Shown in pieces: positions 9,401 through 16,972 of a DNA stretch of 64,000 nucleotides. The notes under the pieces are model-generated. The model had not been told where the DNA came from. It did not search any database and saw nothing but the letters and a program-made list of their open reading frames with translations. How positions within the stretch are numbered: the stretch's first letter is position 1; each line of letters opens with the position of its first letter. A program made the position numbers and the translations under genes. This stretch comes from Thermoplasmata archaeon. Its GTDB lineage: Archaea; Thermoplasmatota; Thermoplasmata; Halarchaeoplasmatales; Halarchaeoplasmataceae. The stretch lies in NCBI GenBank assembly GCA_046498385.1, contig JAWOAU010000024.1:99-64098 (forward strand), written 5' to 3'.

Positions 9401-9537
9401 CCGTTGAAATACCTCCAGCAGGGGTAAAAAAACAAAGGAAGGTAAAACCGAAAAAAAAGCGGTGGACCGTTAAGAAAAAATATCGAGCCATAAAGGAGGA
9501 TGGTTCCGGTAAGAAAAAGAGGATTTTAAGGGATTAA
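6463..9537 (+). CDS. large secreted protein: signal peptide, an N-terminal ~160-aa module shared with two other proteins in this window, right-handed parallel beta-helix (PbH1) repeats, a TM helix and a Lys/Arg-rich cytoplasmic tail
   Basis: 1024 aa. N-terminal hydrophobic signal. Repeated NN.I..N.G.GI motifs (NTIENNTGTGILSNSGENLLVDKNQIIDNGGNGLYL...). TM ILFIVVVILSILIA. Tail with the duplicated GLPVLKKKDRRDLPVLKKREKRKRK. Confidence 0.75.
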   Translation: MKLPVYTRILTLFALISIVSSLFLPMLSTHASDTNQNLVVAEGDTLVIRDETLLVEGDIDVRGTLILNNVDMILNTSSPGSYVVQNGGVLDVKDSFIISYEDNTEGSISLELEPGYHLLSFPFLRTDDSISSVLSPIEGHYDRVLYYDAWNESSPWKSYQVDRPEHFNSLNEINRTMGVLVNIVQETVLEFQGLLPQHIEIPLNEGLNMVGYPLHEPMSVSEAFQDIIDDLKKVEEDTPQGSRELELHDELIPGHGYNIYMHNRASWTIEAPYETDPDYPPGFDFEFMEGSMVSIDNSEIYGSRNPEARPEFVVRSNQVSFKETSFMGGSVNIFAESSSPSIRDCSFRYYRSTAVHSENSTPTLRNNLFHSDMGWAVQAQGEPPAIVNNQFKGYRGIRFISLEAPLVGNSFDHISDTGISLEGGLYTIEDNVFKDTAVGIKAEDSEVCIRHNHFYSSGNCILLQHTHGEISDNDMEDSIGWTVHISRAEGVNLERNKIYNGSNGIRISGGDVNITHNTIENNTGTGILSNSGENLLVDKNQIIDNGGNGLYLEQSSGAVLNNVISRNEGGLWTDSPLWIANNTFSENKVYGVSAISSSPYIENNIFNNNSLYGIKLEGSSSIISSTGIVGGHYHLHLTDSQITVVNSFLDEAKIYMDTVSNLDVLSVLNLTMEEDTRYTDFDLKGLLPPGSEILGVTNNDPITVDIHDDGVDFLPPENFHDTVDMMFEIRIIGNVTSWFSFTLKVTPVNDPPVITEVSVHVTDLDVYWLLDYEDVDGNRPTYVEIVINGDKYPMESLDPDYDGYAQGVLFFFEKTMTPGTYSYYYVAQEYNPLGENITVTSEEKVLEVEDHSPNVLGFIGEGILFIVVVILSILIAHKLISAHEESKNDKLNIHGEGWIEDFSEEDCVGDFEMRKGKNDQFKGLPVLKKKDRRDLPVLKKREKRKRKLRAVVEEGENEEEEEPIIDVVGEVDTDNMREETVEIPPAGVKKQRKVKPKKKRWTVKKKYRAIKEDGSGKKKRILRD

Positions 9538-10100
9538 ACTCCCTTGCTGATGACCTTGATATCCTTTCCGTCCATCTCCAGTTTCAGAAGAGTTTTGATA
9601 TTTAACCCTAATTCACGTTCCAAATCCTCCCTTACACCTACTTTTTCAAAGACGATGACGATGTCCACTATCTCCACGCCGATATTCTTTAAAGCCGCGG
9701 CGATCGACCTGAGTGTACCGCCGGTGCTCAACACGTCGTCTACCAGCAGTACCTTGTCCCCCTTCTCTACAAAGTTGATATACATATCGCTGGAGCCGTA
9801 ACCGGTTACCTGGTCTATAGATATTTCGTTCTCTAGTCCGTAACTGCGTTTCCTGATGTATTTGTATGGTAAGCCGGTCTTTAGAGATAGAGCGGCTGCC
9901 AGGGGAAATCCCATGGACTGCGCCGTTAAGATATAATCGCAGTTCATATTCGCTACCTGAACAACTGCTTCTACTACCTCTTCTAATAACTCAGGGTCCA
10001 CCAGAGGCAGTCCGTCGGTTATGGGGTGTATGAAATAGTAGTAATCATTCATCTTAACGGCAGGGCAGTTATTCATAGAGTCTTCTAGTTTTTCCAGCAT
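9534..10100 (-). CDS. purine phosphoribosyltransferase (archaeal hypoxanthine/guanine or adenine PRTase type)
   Basis: PRPP-binding motif VLLVDDVLSTGGTL. ~188 aa. Directly downstream of the MTA deaminase and MTA phosphorylase genes. Confidence 0.65.
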   Translation of the reverse strand: MLEKLEDSMNNCPAVKMNDYYYFIHPITDGLPLVDPELLEEVVEAVVQVANMNCDYILTAQSMGFPLAAALSLKTGLPYKYIRKRSYGLENEISIDQVTGYGSSDMYINFVEKGDKVLLVDDVLSTGGTLRSIAAALKNIGVEIVDIVIVFEKVGVREDLERELGLNIKTLLKLEMDGKDIKVISKGV

Positions 10101-11336
10101 CTATAACACCTCGGACACTAGCTTTCTGGCATGATAATAAGCTTTCTCTTTGATCAATTCTTCTCCTTCCACTCGACGGTCCCTCATGAGAACACGGCCG
10201 TCTACGATGGTATCTGTCACACTATACCCACTGAACAAATAAACCATGTCGGAGATGATATCGTGGTCGGGCACCCCTTTTTTGATGAGTATAAGGTCCG
10301 CACTTTTCCCTACCTCTACCGCACCACCTCCGGTGTTCAACGAGTCCCTGGTCGCCATCTGGTAGGCCTCCTCCGCCGGCAGCAGAGTCGTATCTCCTTC
10401 AAGTTTATGGAGCAGAGCCGCGGCTTTAACTTCTTCAAACATGTCCAGATTGTTGTTGGAAGCGCAGCCGTCGGTACCAAGGGTGATGCGCACCCCCGCG
10501 TTTTTCATCGCTCTGTAATCCATGGCTTTACCCACACCGAGTTTCATATTGGATATAGGGCAGTGGCTTACCACCACATCTCTTTGGGCCAGCCTTTCGA
10601 TATCTTGTTTGTTTAGCCATACACAGTGGGCGGCGGTGGTATTTTCGGTGAGTACGTCGAGCCGGTCCAGATATTCCGTTACGGAAACGCCGTGCTCTTT
10701 TTTATGATCCTTTATCTCCTTCTCCGTTTCGGCAAGGTGAATGTGTATGGGTATGTTCTTTTTACGAGATATTTCTGCGCACCACTGAAGGCCCTCCCGG
10801 GAAACGGTGTAGGTCGCATGGGGACCCAGGGCCGGACGTACGTTCTTTACGTCCTTTAATTTATCAATAAAATCCAGAGTCTCTTGTTTTTCTTTCTCCA
10901 GCTTATCTTTGTCTCCCATATCGATAAAACCGTAGGATAAGGTGGCTTTCATCCCCATGTCCTCCACGGCCCTGGCGGCGGATTCCATAAAGAAATACAT
11001 GTCGTTGAAGGCCACGGTGCCACTCTTGATCATCTCCAGACAGGCAAGTTTGGTACCCCAGTATACATCTTCCGCCGTGAGTTTACTCTCCAGGGGCCAT
11101 ATTTTATCCTGCAGCCATTCATCCAGGGGCAGGTCGTCTGCGTACCCTCTTAGAAGGGTCATGGCCCCGTGTGTGTGCGTGTTCACCATACCTGGAGATA
11201 GGTATTTTCCTTTACCCTCCAGTTCTTGACTCCCGTAGAGCTCCTCTCCGATCTCGGCGATCTCACCGTCTTTGATCTTAACATCCCATTCACCTTCCTC
11301 ATCTATCATGCTGCAATTCTTTATCACCAGACTCAT
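10101..11336 (-). CDS. mtaD: amidohydrolase: 5'-methylthioadenosine/S-adenosylhomocysteine (or 5'-deoxyadenosine) deaminase
   Basis: Metal-binding GMVNTHTHGAMTLLRG... motif of the MtaD/DadD/SsnA family. 411 aa. Confidence 0.7.
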   Translation of the reverse strand: MSLVIKNCSMIDEEGEWDVKIKDGEIAEIGEELYGSQELEGKGKYLSPGMVNTHTHGAMTLLRGYADDLPLDEWLQDKIWPLESKLTAEDVYWGTKLACLEMIKSGTVAFNDMYFFMESAARAVEDMGMKATLSYGFIDMGDKDKLEKEKQETLDFIDKLKDVKNVRPALGPHATYTVSREGLQWCAEISRKKNIPIHIHLAETEKEIKDHKKEHGVSVTEYLDRLDVLTENTTAAHCVWLNKQDIERLAQRDVVVSHCPISNMKLGVGKAMDYRAMKNAGVRITLGTDGCASNNNLDMFEEVKAAALLHKLEGDTTLLPAEEAYQMATRDSLNTGGGAVEVGKSADLILIKKGVPDHDIISDMVYLFSGYSVTDTIVDGRVLMRDRRVEGEELIKEKAYYHARKLVSEVL

Positions 11337-11340
11337 TTGA

Positions 11341-12060
11341 CTATCTCCTATTCTTTAAAAAATTCTCGAGTATGTTGAAAACAGCGCCCCTGCTTTTACC
11401 GGCGTTTTCAATTATATCGTCGTAACGTACGGGTTTTTCCAAGATACCATTGGCGTGGTTGTCAACGGTTACCAGGGAGGCGTAATCAACGTTTATCTCC
11501 CTGCAGAGTGTTGCCTCAGGTGCCATGGTCATCCCCACCACATCTCCGTAGGGTTGGAGTATCCTTACCTCGGCCTTGGTTTCCAAACGGGGACCGGTCG
11601 TTTGCACGTAGACATCCTCCGTACGCACCTTAATATCCTTAATCTTCTGCGAGCCCTGGATAAGTTTGTTTCGCAGAGAAGAGGACATATTAGGGTTAAC
11701 GTGTTTGATGGACTGTTCGTAAAACGTTACTATGTTCCAAAAGTTAACGTAGTCCGCCGGTATTGAAATGGAGGGGACATCTATATCCTTCCGCAGGGCA
11801 CCGGCCGACGAAATCCCGATAACGGTGTCCACCTCTCGCTGTAGGGCGTATATATTGGCACGGGTGTTAACCATATGGGGTGGTATGTCGTGTTTGTCTC
11901 CGTGTCTGAATATGAGTATTACATCTTTCCCGGCCAGTTCTCCCTTATATATGTGAGAGGATGGACTACCCCATGGAGTATGGCTCTTTATCTTTTCCTT
12001 TAGGCGCAGATCGTCAAGTTCTTTGAAGGCGGTTCCACCGATTATTCCCATAGCTGTCAT
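11341..12060 (-). CDS. mtnP: purine nucleoside phosphorylase family 2: S-methyl-5'-thioadenosine or thioinosine phosphorylase
   Basis: MTAMGIIGGT...ILIFRHGDKHDIPPHMVNTRANIYAL...VGMTMAPEATLCREI matches MTAP/PNP-II. Confidence 0.75.
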   Translation of the reverse strand: MTAMGIIGGTAFKELDDLRLKEKIKSHTPWGSPSSHIYKGELAGKDVILIFRHGDKHDIPPHMVNTRANIYALQREVDTVIGISSAGALRKDIDVPSISIPADYVNFWNIVTFYEQSIKHVNPNMSSSLRNKLIQGSQKIKDIKVRTEDVYVQTTGPRLETKAEVRILQPYGDVVGMTMAPEATLCREINVDYASLVTVDNHANGILEKPVRYDDIIENAGKSRGAVFNILENFLKNRR

Positions 12061-12097
12061 TGGATCACCATCGTGATATCCTAGAGCGATTTTAAAG

Positions 12098-12289
12098 TTA
12101 TCCCGGTTTTCGAGACGATTTTATCTTATCTATCATCTTCTTGAGGATCACGGGCACCAGCATCCATAGGATTATGATCAAAAATATGCCGTCGGCCTTC
12201 AAGAGTATCAACAGTATTATCGATATCACCCCGAAGACGGCGGCTATCATCACCGTCTTTTTATCAACCGGTTTCATAGAGCGGTACAT
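12098..12289 (-). CDS. small 2-TM membrane protein (hypothetical)
   Basis: 63 aa, two hydrophobic helices. First gene on the same strand ahead of the mtnP-mtaD-PRTase operon. Confidence 0.3.
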   Translation of the reverse strand: MYRSMKPVDKKTVMIAAVFGVISIILLILLKADGIFLIIILWMLVPVILKKMIDKIKSSRKPG

Positions 12290-12361
12290 TACCTGAGTGA
12301 AATTAAAAATTGGGGTGCGAAAAGTAATATAATGGTTATCGGTTTGTCGTTATCGATCATC

Positions 12362-13408
12362 ATGGAAGGAGATAGAAAGGTTTCATTGGAGGACGGTGCT
12401 GGAGGAGAACTGATGGATCAGATGATAACAAAGGAGATATTACCCTTGTTCCGCTGTGAAAGGGGAGAAATACCTTTGGAGGACCTAGATGATTCTGCGG
12501 TTTTAAACGACTTGGTATTTACCATAGATTCCCACACGGTCAAACCCATCTTTTTTAACGGAGGAAATATCGGTACGCTGTCCATCTGCGGAACCATCAA
12601 TGATATCTTGGCATTGGGAGGACAGCCGGTGGCCATCGCATCGGCTCTGGTTCTGCCTGAAGGTTTTCGCTATTCTAGTTTGAAACGTATCCTTAAAGGT
12701 GCTGCAGGTATCTGCGAAGCCACCGGTGTACCGGTTTTGGCCGGAGATACCAAGGTGGTCGGGAGAGAAGATATGGACGAGCCGATAATGACCACCTCGG
12801 CCGTGGGCAAAAGACACCAGGCCTTGGACGGTAACCTAGAGCTGGCCGGTGGGCGAAGGTCTCGATGGCTCTCCGATAAAAACCTGAACATAGGGGATAA
12901 GATCATAGTGTCCGGAAGCATAGGTGACCACGGCATGACCATACTTTCTGAGAGAGAGGGATATGGATTTCAAGGTAACATAAAAAGCGACGTCGCTCCT
13001 CTTCTAGATATCATGGACGCTGCATTGAGTATAGGCGGCGTAGCGGCTGCTAAAGATCCCACCAGGGGCGGTCTGGCAAACGCATTGAACGAATGGGCGA
13101 GAAAGTCAGAAGTAGGGATCGTTGTCCAGGAGAGTGCTATCCCCCTGAAACCATGGGTAAAATCCGCGGGAGAGATGCTGGGGATCGATCCGTTGAATGT
13201 GGGTAACGAAGGTAAGATGATCATAGCAGTCCACCCTTCAAACGCAGAGAAAGTACTGAAAGAAGTGCGGAAAACCGAGAACGGAAAATATGCAAAAATA
13301 ATCGGTGAAGTTGTGGAAGACGTTAAAGGGGTGGTTCTGGAGACGGAAGTAGGAGGTAAAAGGATACTCGATCCGCCCATGGGGGATCCGGTACCGAGAA
13401 TATGTTAA
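12362..13408 (+). CDS. hypE: HypE-like carbamoyl dehydratase (AIR synthase-related/PurM-like fold), C-terminal PRIC motif
   Basis: VSLEDGAGGELMDQMI..., DSAVL.D..FTIDSHTVKPIFFNGGNIGTLSICGTINDIL, and the protein ends ...GDPVPRIC*, the HypE hallmark. Start at the internal ATG 12362; alternatives are 12332 or 12413. Confidence 0.7.
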   Translation: MEGDRKVSLEDGAGGELMDQMITKEILPLFRCERGEIPLEDLDDSAVLNDLVFTIDSHTVKPIFFNGGNIGTLSICGTINDILALGGQPVAIASALVLPEGFRYSSLKRILKGAAGICEATGVPVLAGDTKVVGREDMDEPIMTTSAVGKRHQALDGNLELAGGRRSRWLSDKNLNIGDKIIVSGSIGDHGMTILSEREGYGFQGNIKSDVAPLLDIMDAALSIGGVAAAKDPTRGGLANALNEWARKSEVGIVVQESAIPLKPWVKSAGEMLGIDPLNVGNEGKMIIAVHPSNAEKVLKEVRKTENGKYAKIIGEVVEDVKGVVLETEVGGKRILDPPMGDPVPRIC

Positions 13409-14940
13409 GGATCCGCCACCAACTTCGATAGCCATACAAAGAAGATCAAAAGCAAAGATAAGAGTATCATCGAAGACATAGTTCTTTTTTCATCTGATAC
13501 GTTCTCCGGCTCACTTACGTATATGTTCACGGTGTCGGTGTCGCTTTCACCTTCTAGATCTATCACTTTTAAGGTCACTTCGTAGGTACCTGCTTGATAA
13601 AAAGTCCAGTTTACGGTAGGACCTTCTTTTTCGTATACTCCGTTACCCGTAAGGTCCCATCGGTACCGGGAGATGTTTTTGAGGTCCCAGCTGTAGCTGC
13701 CGTCCAGGGTGATCACTTCGTTGACAACAGCGTCCTCTATGTCTTCGCCGGCATCCGCTATGGGCCGGTTTCTAAGCATCTTCCAATCAGTCAAAAATAT
13801 GTTGGAAAAGTACTGACCGACATCCCGGTTTTCAACGATCAATGCAATCTCCCGATTATTTGAATACGAATTTTCATTCCAGTTTATACTGGATATCAGC
13901 ACCTTTGAACCGTCCACTATCATACCTTTGTTGTGCACGGATTGAAATCCCTGACGGTACTCCATCAGACGTGCCTCAAGCTCAAGGTCTCTCTTTTCGG
14001 CGTACTGGTTCAATTGGTTTACCATATCTTTATTGTCATCGATGTGGAAATAGGTGGAATCCATCTGAATTTTTACTTCAACACCTCTACCTGCCGCCTC
14101 TTTCAAAGCTTCAACAAGAGGGTTCGGATATTGACCCCAATTCCGTATATAATACTGTTGAACATGGATGGTATACTTGGCACTTTGGATCATATCTATC
14201 AGTTTATAGGATGTTTCCGGCGCAGTCACCGGCGTGAATCTGAATAAGTCATGGAGTTCCTCGCTCTGGAAGCGGGGCTTGTAATATCCGGTCACGGGTT
14301 CGTAGGGCGTAAGGAGTACGTCGGGAGAGATGGCTGAAGAGAGGTTTAGGTCGTGTAAATATATGTCACGATAATAGTCTGCTAGGGACGTAGAATTTAC
14401 TATCATACCCCATCCTCGGTTACCCCATGTAGGTTCTCTGCTGAAACCATTCCGACCGAAGTTCTCCGAGGTAATGAGAACATGGCTCCTGTCACGTATC
14501 ATGTATTTTCCGTGGAAGAACGTATTATCCTCCCATTCAATAGCATTGATACTTCCTCCGGCGCTTTTGATACGGTTGAGAGAGGATAAAGTCGAAGTAG
14601 AGATATCTCCAACGGGTTGACCGTCCACGATCACCGTTACGTTGATGTTCTCCGAAGCGAGGGCGCTAACTCTTTCAGAGATATGTTGGCAGTTGAATTG
14701 GTAGGTAGCTATAAGCAGTTCAGATTCCGTATCATTGAAAAAGTCCATGAGGACCTGGTATGACGAGTCTGGAGATGTGAATAATCTGACGTCCGTATAA
14801 CAATCGAAGGTTTCCACCTTATGCTTTAAGGGTGAGGAAAAAAATAATTCCTGTTCCGAGCTAGAAGAAAAATGGCCGAGGGACAACGCTCCCGGTGTCA
14901 GCAGTGAAAGGTAAAGTAGTATTACTATTATCCGCTTCAT
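13405..14940 (-). CDS. secreted, C-terminally membrane-anchored phospholipase D-superfamily protein (two HKD motifs) with a PKD domain
   Basis: Signal peptide MKRIIVILLYLSLLTPGALS. HGKYMIRD and HNKGMIVD are HxKxxxxD motifs. PKD-like YRWDLTGNGVYEKEGPTVNWTFYQAGTYEVTLKVIDLEG. C-terminal TM MILLSLLLIFFVWL at the protein end. Confidence 0.7.
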   Translation of the reverse strand: MKRIIVILLYLSLLTPGALSLGHFSSSSEQELFFSSPLKHKVETFDCYTDVRLFTSPDSSYQVLMDFFNDTESELLIATYQFNCQHISERVSALASENINVTVIVDGQPVGDISTSTLSSLNRIKSAGGSINAIEWEDNTFFHGKYMIRDRSHVLITSENFGRNGFSREPTWGNRGWGMIVNSTSLADYYRDIYLHDLNLSSAISPDVLLTPYEPVTGYYKPRFQSEELHDLFRFTPVTAPETSYKLIDMIQSAKYTIHVQQYYIRNWGQYPNPLVEALKEAAGRGVEVKIQMDSTYFHIDDNKDMVNQLNQYAEKRDLELEARLMEYRQGFQSVHNKGMIVDGSKVLISSINWNENSYSNNREIALIVENRDVGQYFSNIFLTDWKMLRNRPIADAGEDIEDAVVNEVITLDGSYSWDLKNISRYRWDLTGNGVYEKEGPTVNWTFYQAGTYEVTLKVIDLEGESDTDTVNIYVSEPENVSDEKRTMSSMILLSLLLIFFVWLSKLVADP

Positions 14941-15022
14941 TACTAAGCCACTAAAGAAAACATATATAAAAATCAAACGGGCTTAACCCTTAAATACGAT
15001 ATGTCATTTGGGATGGATTGAT

Positions 15023-15108
15023 GCCGAGGTGGCCCAGCCCGGCTAAGGCGGTGGCCTCGAGAGCCACTGGTGCTCTGCACCACGGGAGTTCGAATCTCCC
15101 CCTCGGCG
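15023..15108 (+). tRNA. tRNA-Ser (anticodon CGA), long variable arm, no encoded CCA
   Basis: Acceptor GCCGAGG/CCTCGGC. Anticodon arm GTGGC-CTCGAGA-GCCAC. Variable arm TGGTGC..GCACCA. T-arm GGGAG-TTCGAAT-CTCCC. Discriminator G. Confidence 0.85.
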
Positions 15109-15421
15109 CTTTCATAACTTTTGAGCGGAGCGAGAAAATGTTTTGACAAGAGTCGCTCACTTTCGTTCACGCTTCGGGAGAGATTCGAAAACTGTTAAGA
15201 ATCTACGATTCTCAACGCTCACAAATCTCCGATTTGTTCGCCAGCAGGAATGCAGAGCATTCCTCCAGCTCGGAAAGCTTTGCTTTCCTCGTCTTCCCCT
15301 CGGCGTTTTTTATGGTTCGAACCGTCATGAGATTAAAAAGCAAGAAGGATCTTTGGTTTTACAGCATTATCCTTCTACAGGCAATCTTTATGTATTTCGA
15401 TGCGGATTTGTTGTTGATATC

Positions 15422-16195
15422 ATGGAGAAAAATTCGGTCATTCAAACTATATTGAACCATAAGTCCGTTAGGAAGTACAAAGACGATTGTCCTTCGCAGG
15501 AGGAGATAGAAACCATAGTTCGGGCGGGTCAGCAGGCCCCTTTCGTATCTCAACTATACAGTGTTCTGCTATCCCGCAAGAGAGATGAACATCCTTTTGG
15601 AGCACCTCTGATGTTCACGATCTGTGTGGATGCACACAAGATGGAGAGGGTGATGCAAAAGAGAGGTTGGAAGATGGTGACCAATGACCTTTCTTTACTG
15701 TTATTCGGTATCCAGGATGCTGCCTATATGGCCCAAAACATGGTGACCGCCGGGGAGAGCATGGGTATAGGTAGTGTGTTCCTCGGGAGGGCGATATACA
15801 TCGCTGAGAGGATAAAGGAAGAGTACGGACTTCCTGAGAAAGTATTCCCTTTGGTACAGCTGGCTATGGGGTACCCGGATGAGGACGAACCACCTAGACC
15901 TAGATATCCTATGGATTTTGTTCTGTTCGAAGGTGAGTACCCCAAACTGACCGACGAGATGGTTGAAGATGCAATGGAAGAGATGGACCGTGGATACCTT
16001 GATCAGGACTACTACCATAAACTAGATGCTAAGATCGGGATCACAGGTGATAAAGACGATGAATTCACCTATGAAGATTACAGTTGGACAGAGCACATAT
16101 CACGCAAATGGGGTCAGTGGTACGATGATCTAAAGATACCTTTGAAACAGGTTGAAGTATGTGGATTCACCATATTACTCAAAGAGGAGGATTGA
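15422..16195 (+). CDS. nitroreductase-family flavoprotein with a ~90-aa acidic C-terminal extension
   Basis: MEKNSVIQTILNHKSVRKY...PSQEEIETIVRAGQQAP nitroreductase N-terminus. ORF 15143.. extends upstream across the tRNA-Ser, so the start is placed at the internal ATG. Confidence 0.65.
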   Translation: MEKNSVIQTILNHKSVRKYKDDCPSQEEIETIVRAGQQAPFVSQLYSVLLSRKRDEHPFGAPLMFTICVDAHKMERVMQKRGWKMVTNDLSLLLFGIQDAAYMAQNMVTAGESMGIGSVFLGRAIYIAERIKEEYGLPEKVFPLVQLAMGYPDEDEPPRPRYPMDFVLFEGEYPKLTDEMVEDAMEEMDRGYLDQDYYHKLDAKIGITGDKDDEFTYEDYSWTEHISRKWGQWYDDLKIPLKQVEVCGFTILLKEED

Positions 16196-16196
16196 T

Positions 16197-16922
16197 CTAC
16201 TCTTCCTCTTTATTTTCCCGATAACGTAATGCTAAGATGATCGCGGTAGCCACTATCACGGAAATGACTATCTGAAGGAACAGTATGTTCGTGTAGAACG
16301 GTTTGGAATCATCGTCACTCTCGATTTCTTCAGCGTGGGATATGCTAATATCCTGTATGATCATGTCTTCCACGGGGACGTCGTCGTGCCCATCTATGGA
16401 GTCGGTTTCAACTTCAGCGATACTATCAACTACGCTCATACCGCTGGTCACCCGCCCGAATACACAGTAACCCCATCCGTCTTCTGCCTTGTCCCAATCC
16501 AGAAAGTCGTTATCCGCATGATTGATAAAGAACTGAGATGTTGCCGAATGCGGTTCTTGAGTTCTCGCCATGGCTATCGTACCTCTCTTGTTCCGATGTC
16601 GACTCTCGGCGGCCTCGTTTTCTATCTGACCATAAGTCGGTTCAACATAATCCATACCCGGTTCGAACCCGCCTCCCTGTATCATGAAGCCCTCGATGAC
16701 TCTGTGGAAGATCAACCCGTCGTAGTATCCGTCTTCCGCATAACGTATAAAATTCTCAACGGTAATGGGTGCGTCGTCCTGGTACAGTTCAACAACCATG
16801 GTGCCCTTGTTCGTTCTTATGGTTGCAGTGGGATTATCGTTTGATGCGGATACCACCATGGTCACCGACAGTAATAACATAGATATCACCGAGATGCACA
16901 AAGCACTTTTTATGAAATTCAT
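16197..16922 (-). CDS. cyclophilin-type peptidyl-prolyl cis-trans isomerase, secreted with a C-terminal TM anchor
   Basis: LYQDDAPITVENFIRYAEDGYYDGLIFHRVIEGFMIQGGGF cyclophilin core. N-terminal signal and C-terminal helix ILFLQIVISVIVATAIILAL. Confidence 0.8.
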   Translation of the reverse strand: MNFIKSALCISVISMLLLSVTMVVSASNDNPTATIRTNKGTMVVELYQDDAPITVENFIRYAEDGYYDGLIFHRVIEGFMIQGGGFEPGMDYVEPTYGQIENEAAESRHRNKRGTIAMARTQEPHSATSQFFINHADNDFLDWDKAEDGWGYCVFGRVTSGMSVVDSIAEVETDSIDGHDDVPVEDMIIQDISISHAEEIESDDDSKPFYTNILFLQIVISVIVATAIILALRYRENKEEE

Positions 16923-16972
16923 GAGCTAACTTATTCGTTAATGTGTTAAAAAAGTTGCCATGGAAAAAATAT

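Noticed and set aside
10131-10616. 161-aa plus-strand ORF
   Set aside because: Antisense to the amidohydrolase (mtaD) gene. No start context, no motifs.
12970-13380. 136-aa minus-strand ORF (and 12418..12942 neighbours)
   Set aside because: Antisense within the HypE-like gene. Ser/Thr/Pro-rich translation typical of reverse-frame noise.
14973-15170. 65-aa minus-strand ORF
   Set aside because: Overlaps the clearly folded tRNA-Ser gene on the opposite strand. Artefact.
15143-15421. N-terminal 93-codon extension of the nitroreductase ORF
   Set aside because: Would read through the tRNA-Ser gene. The conserved nitroreductase N-terminus begins at the internal ATG 15422.
16335-16844. 169-aa plus-strand ORF
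   Set aside because: Antisense to the cyclophilin gene.
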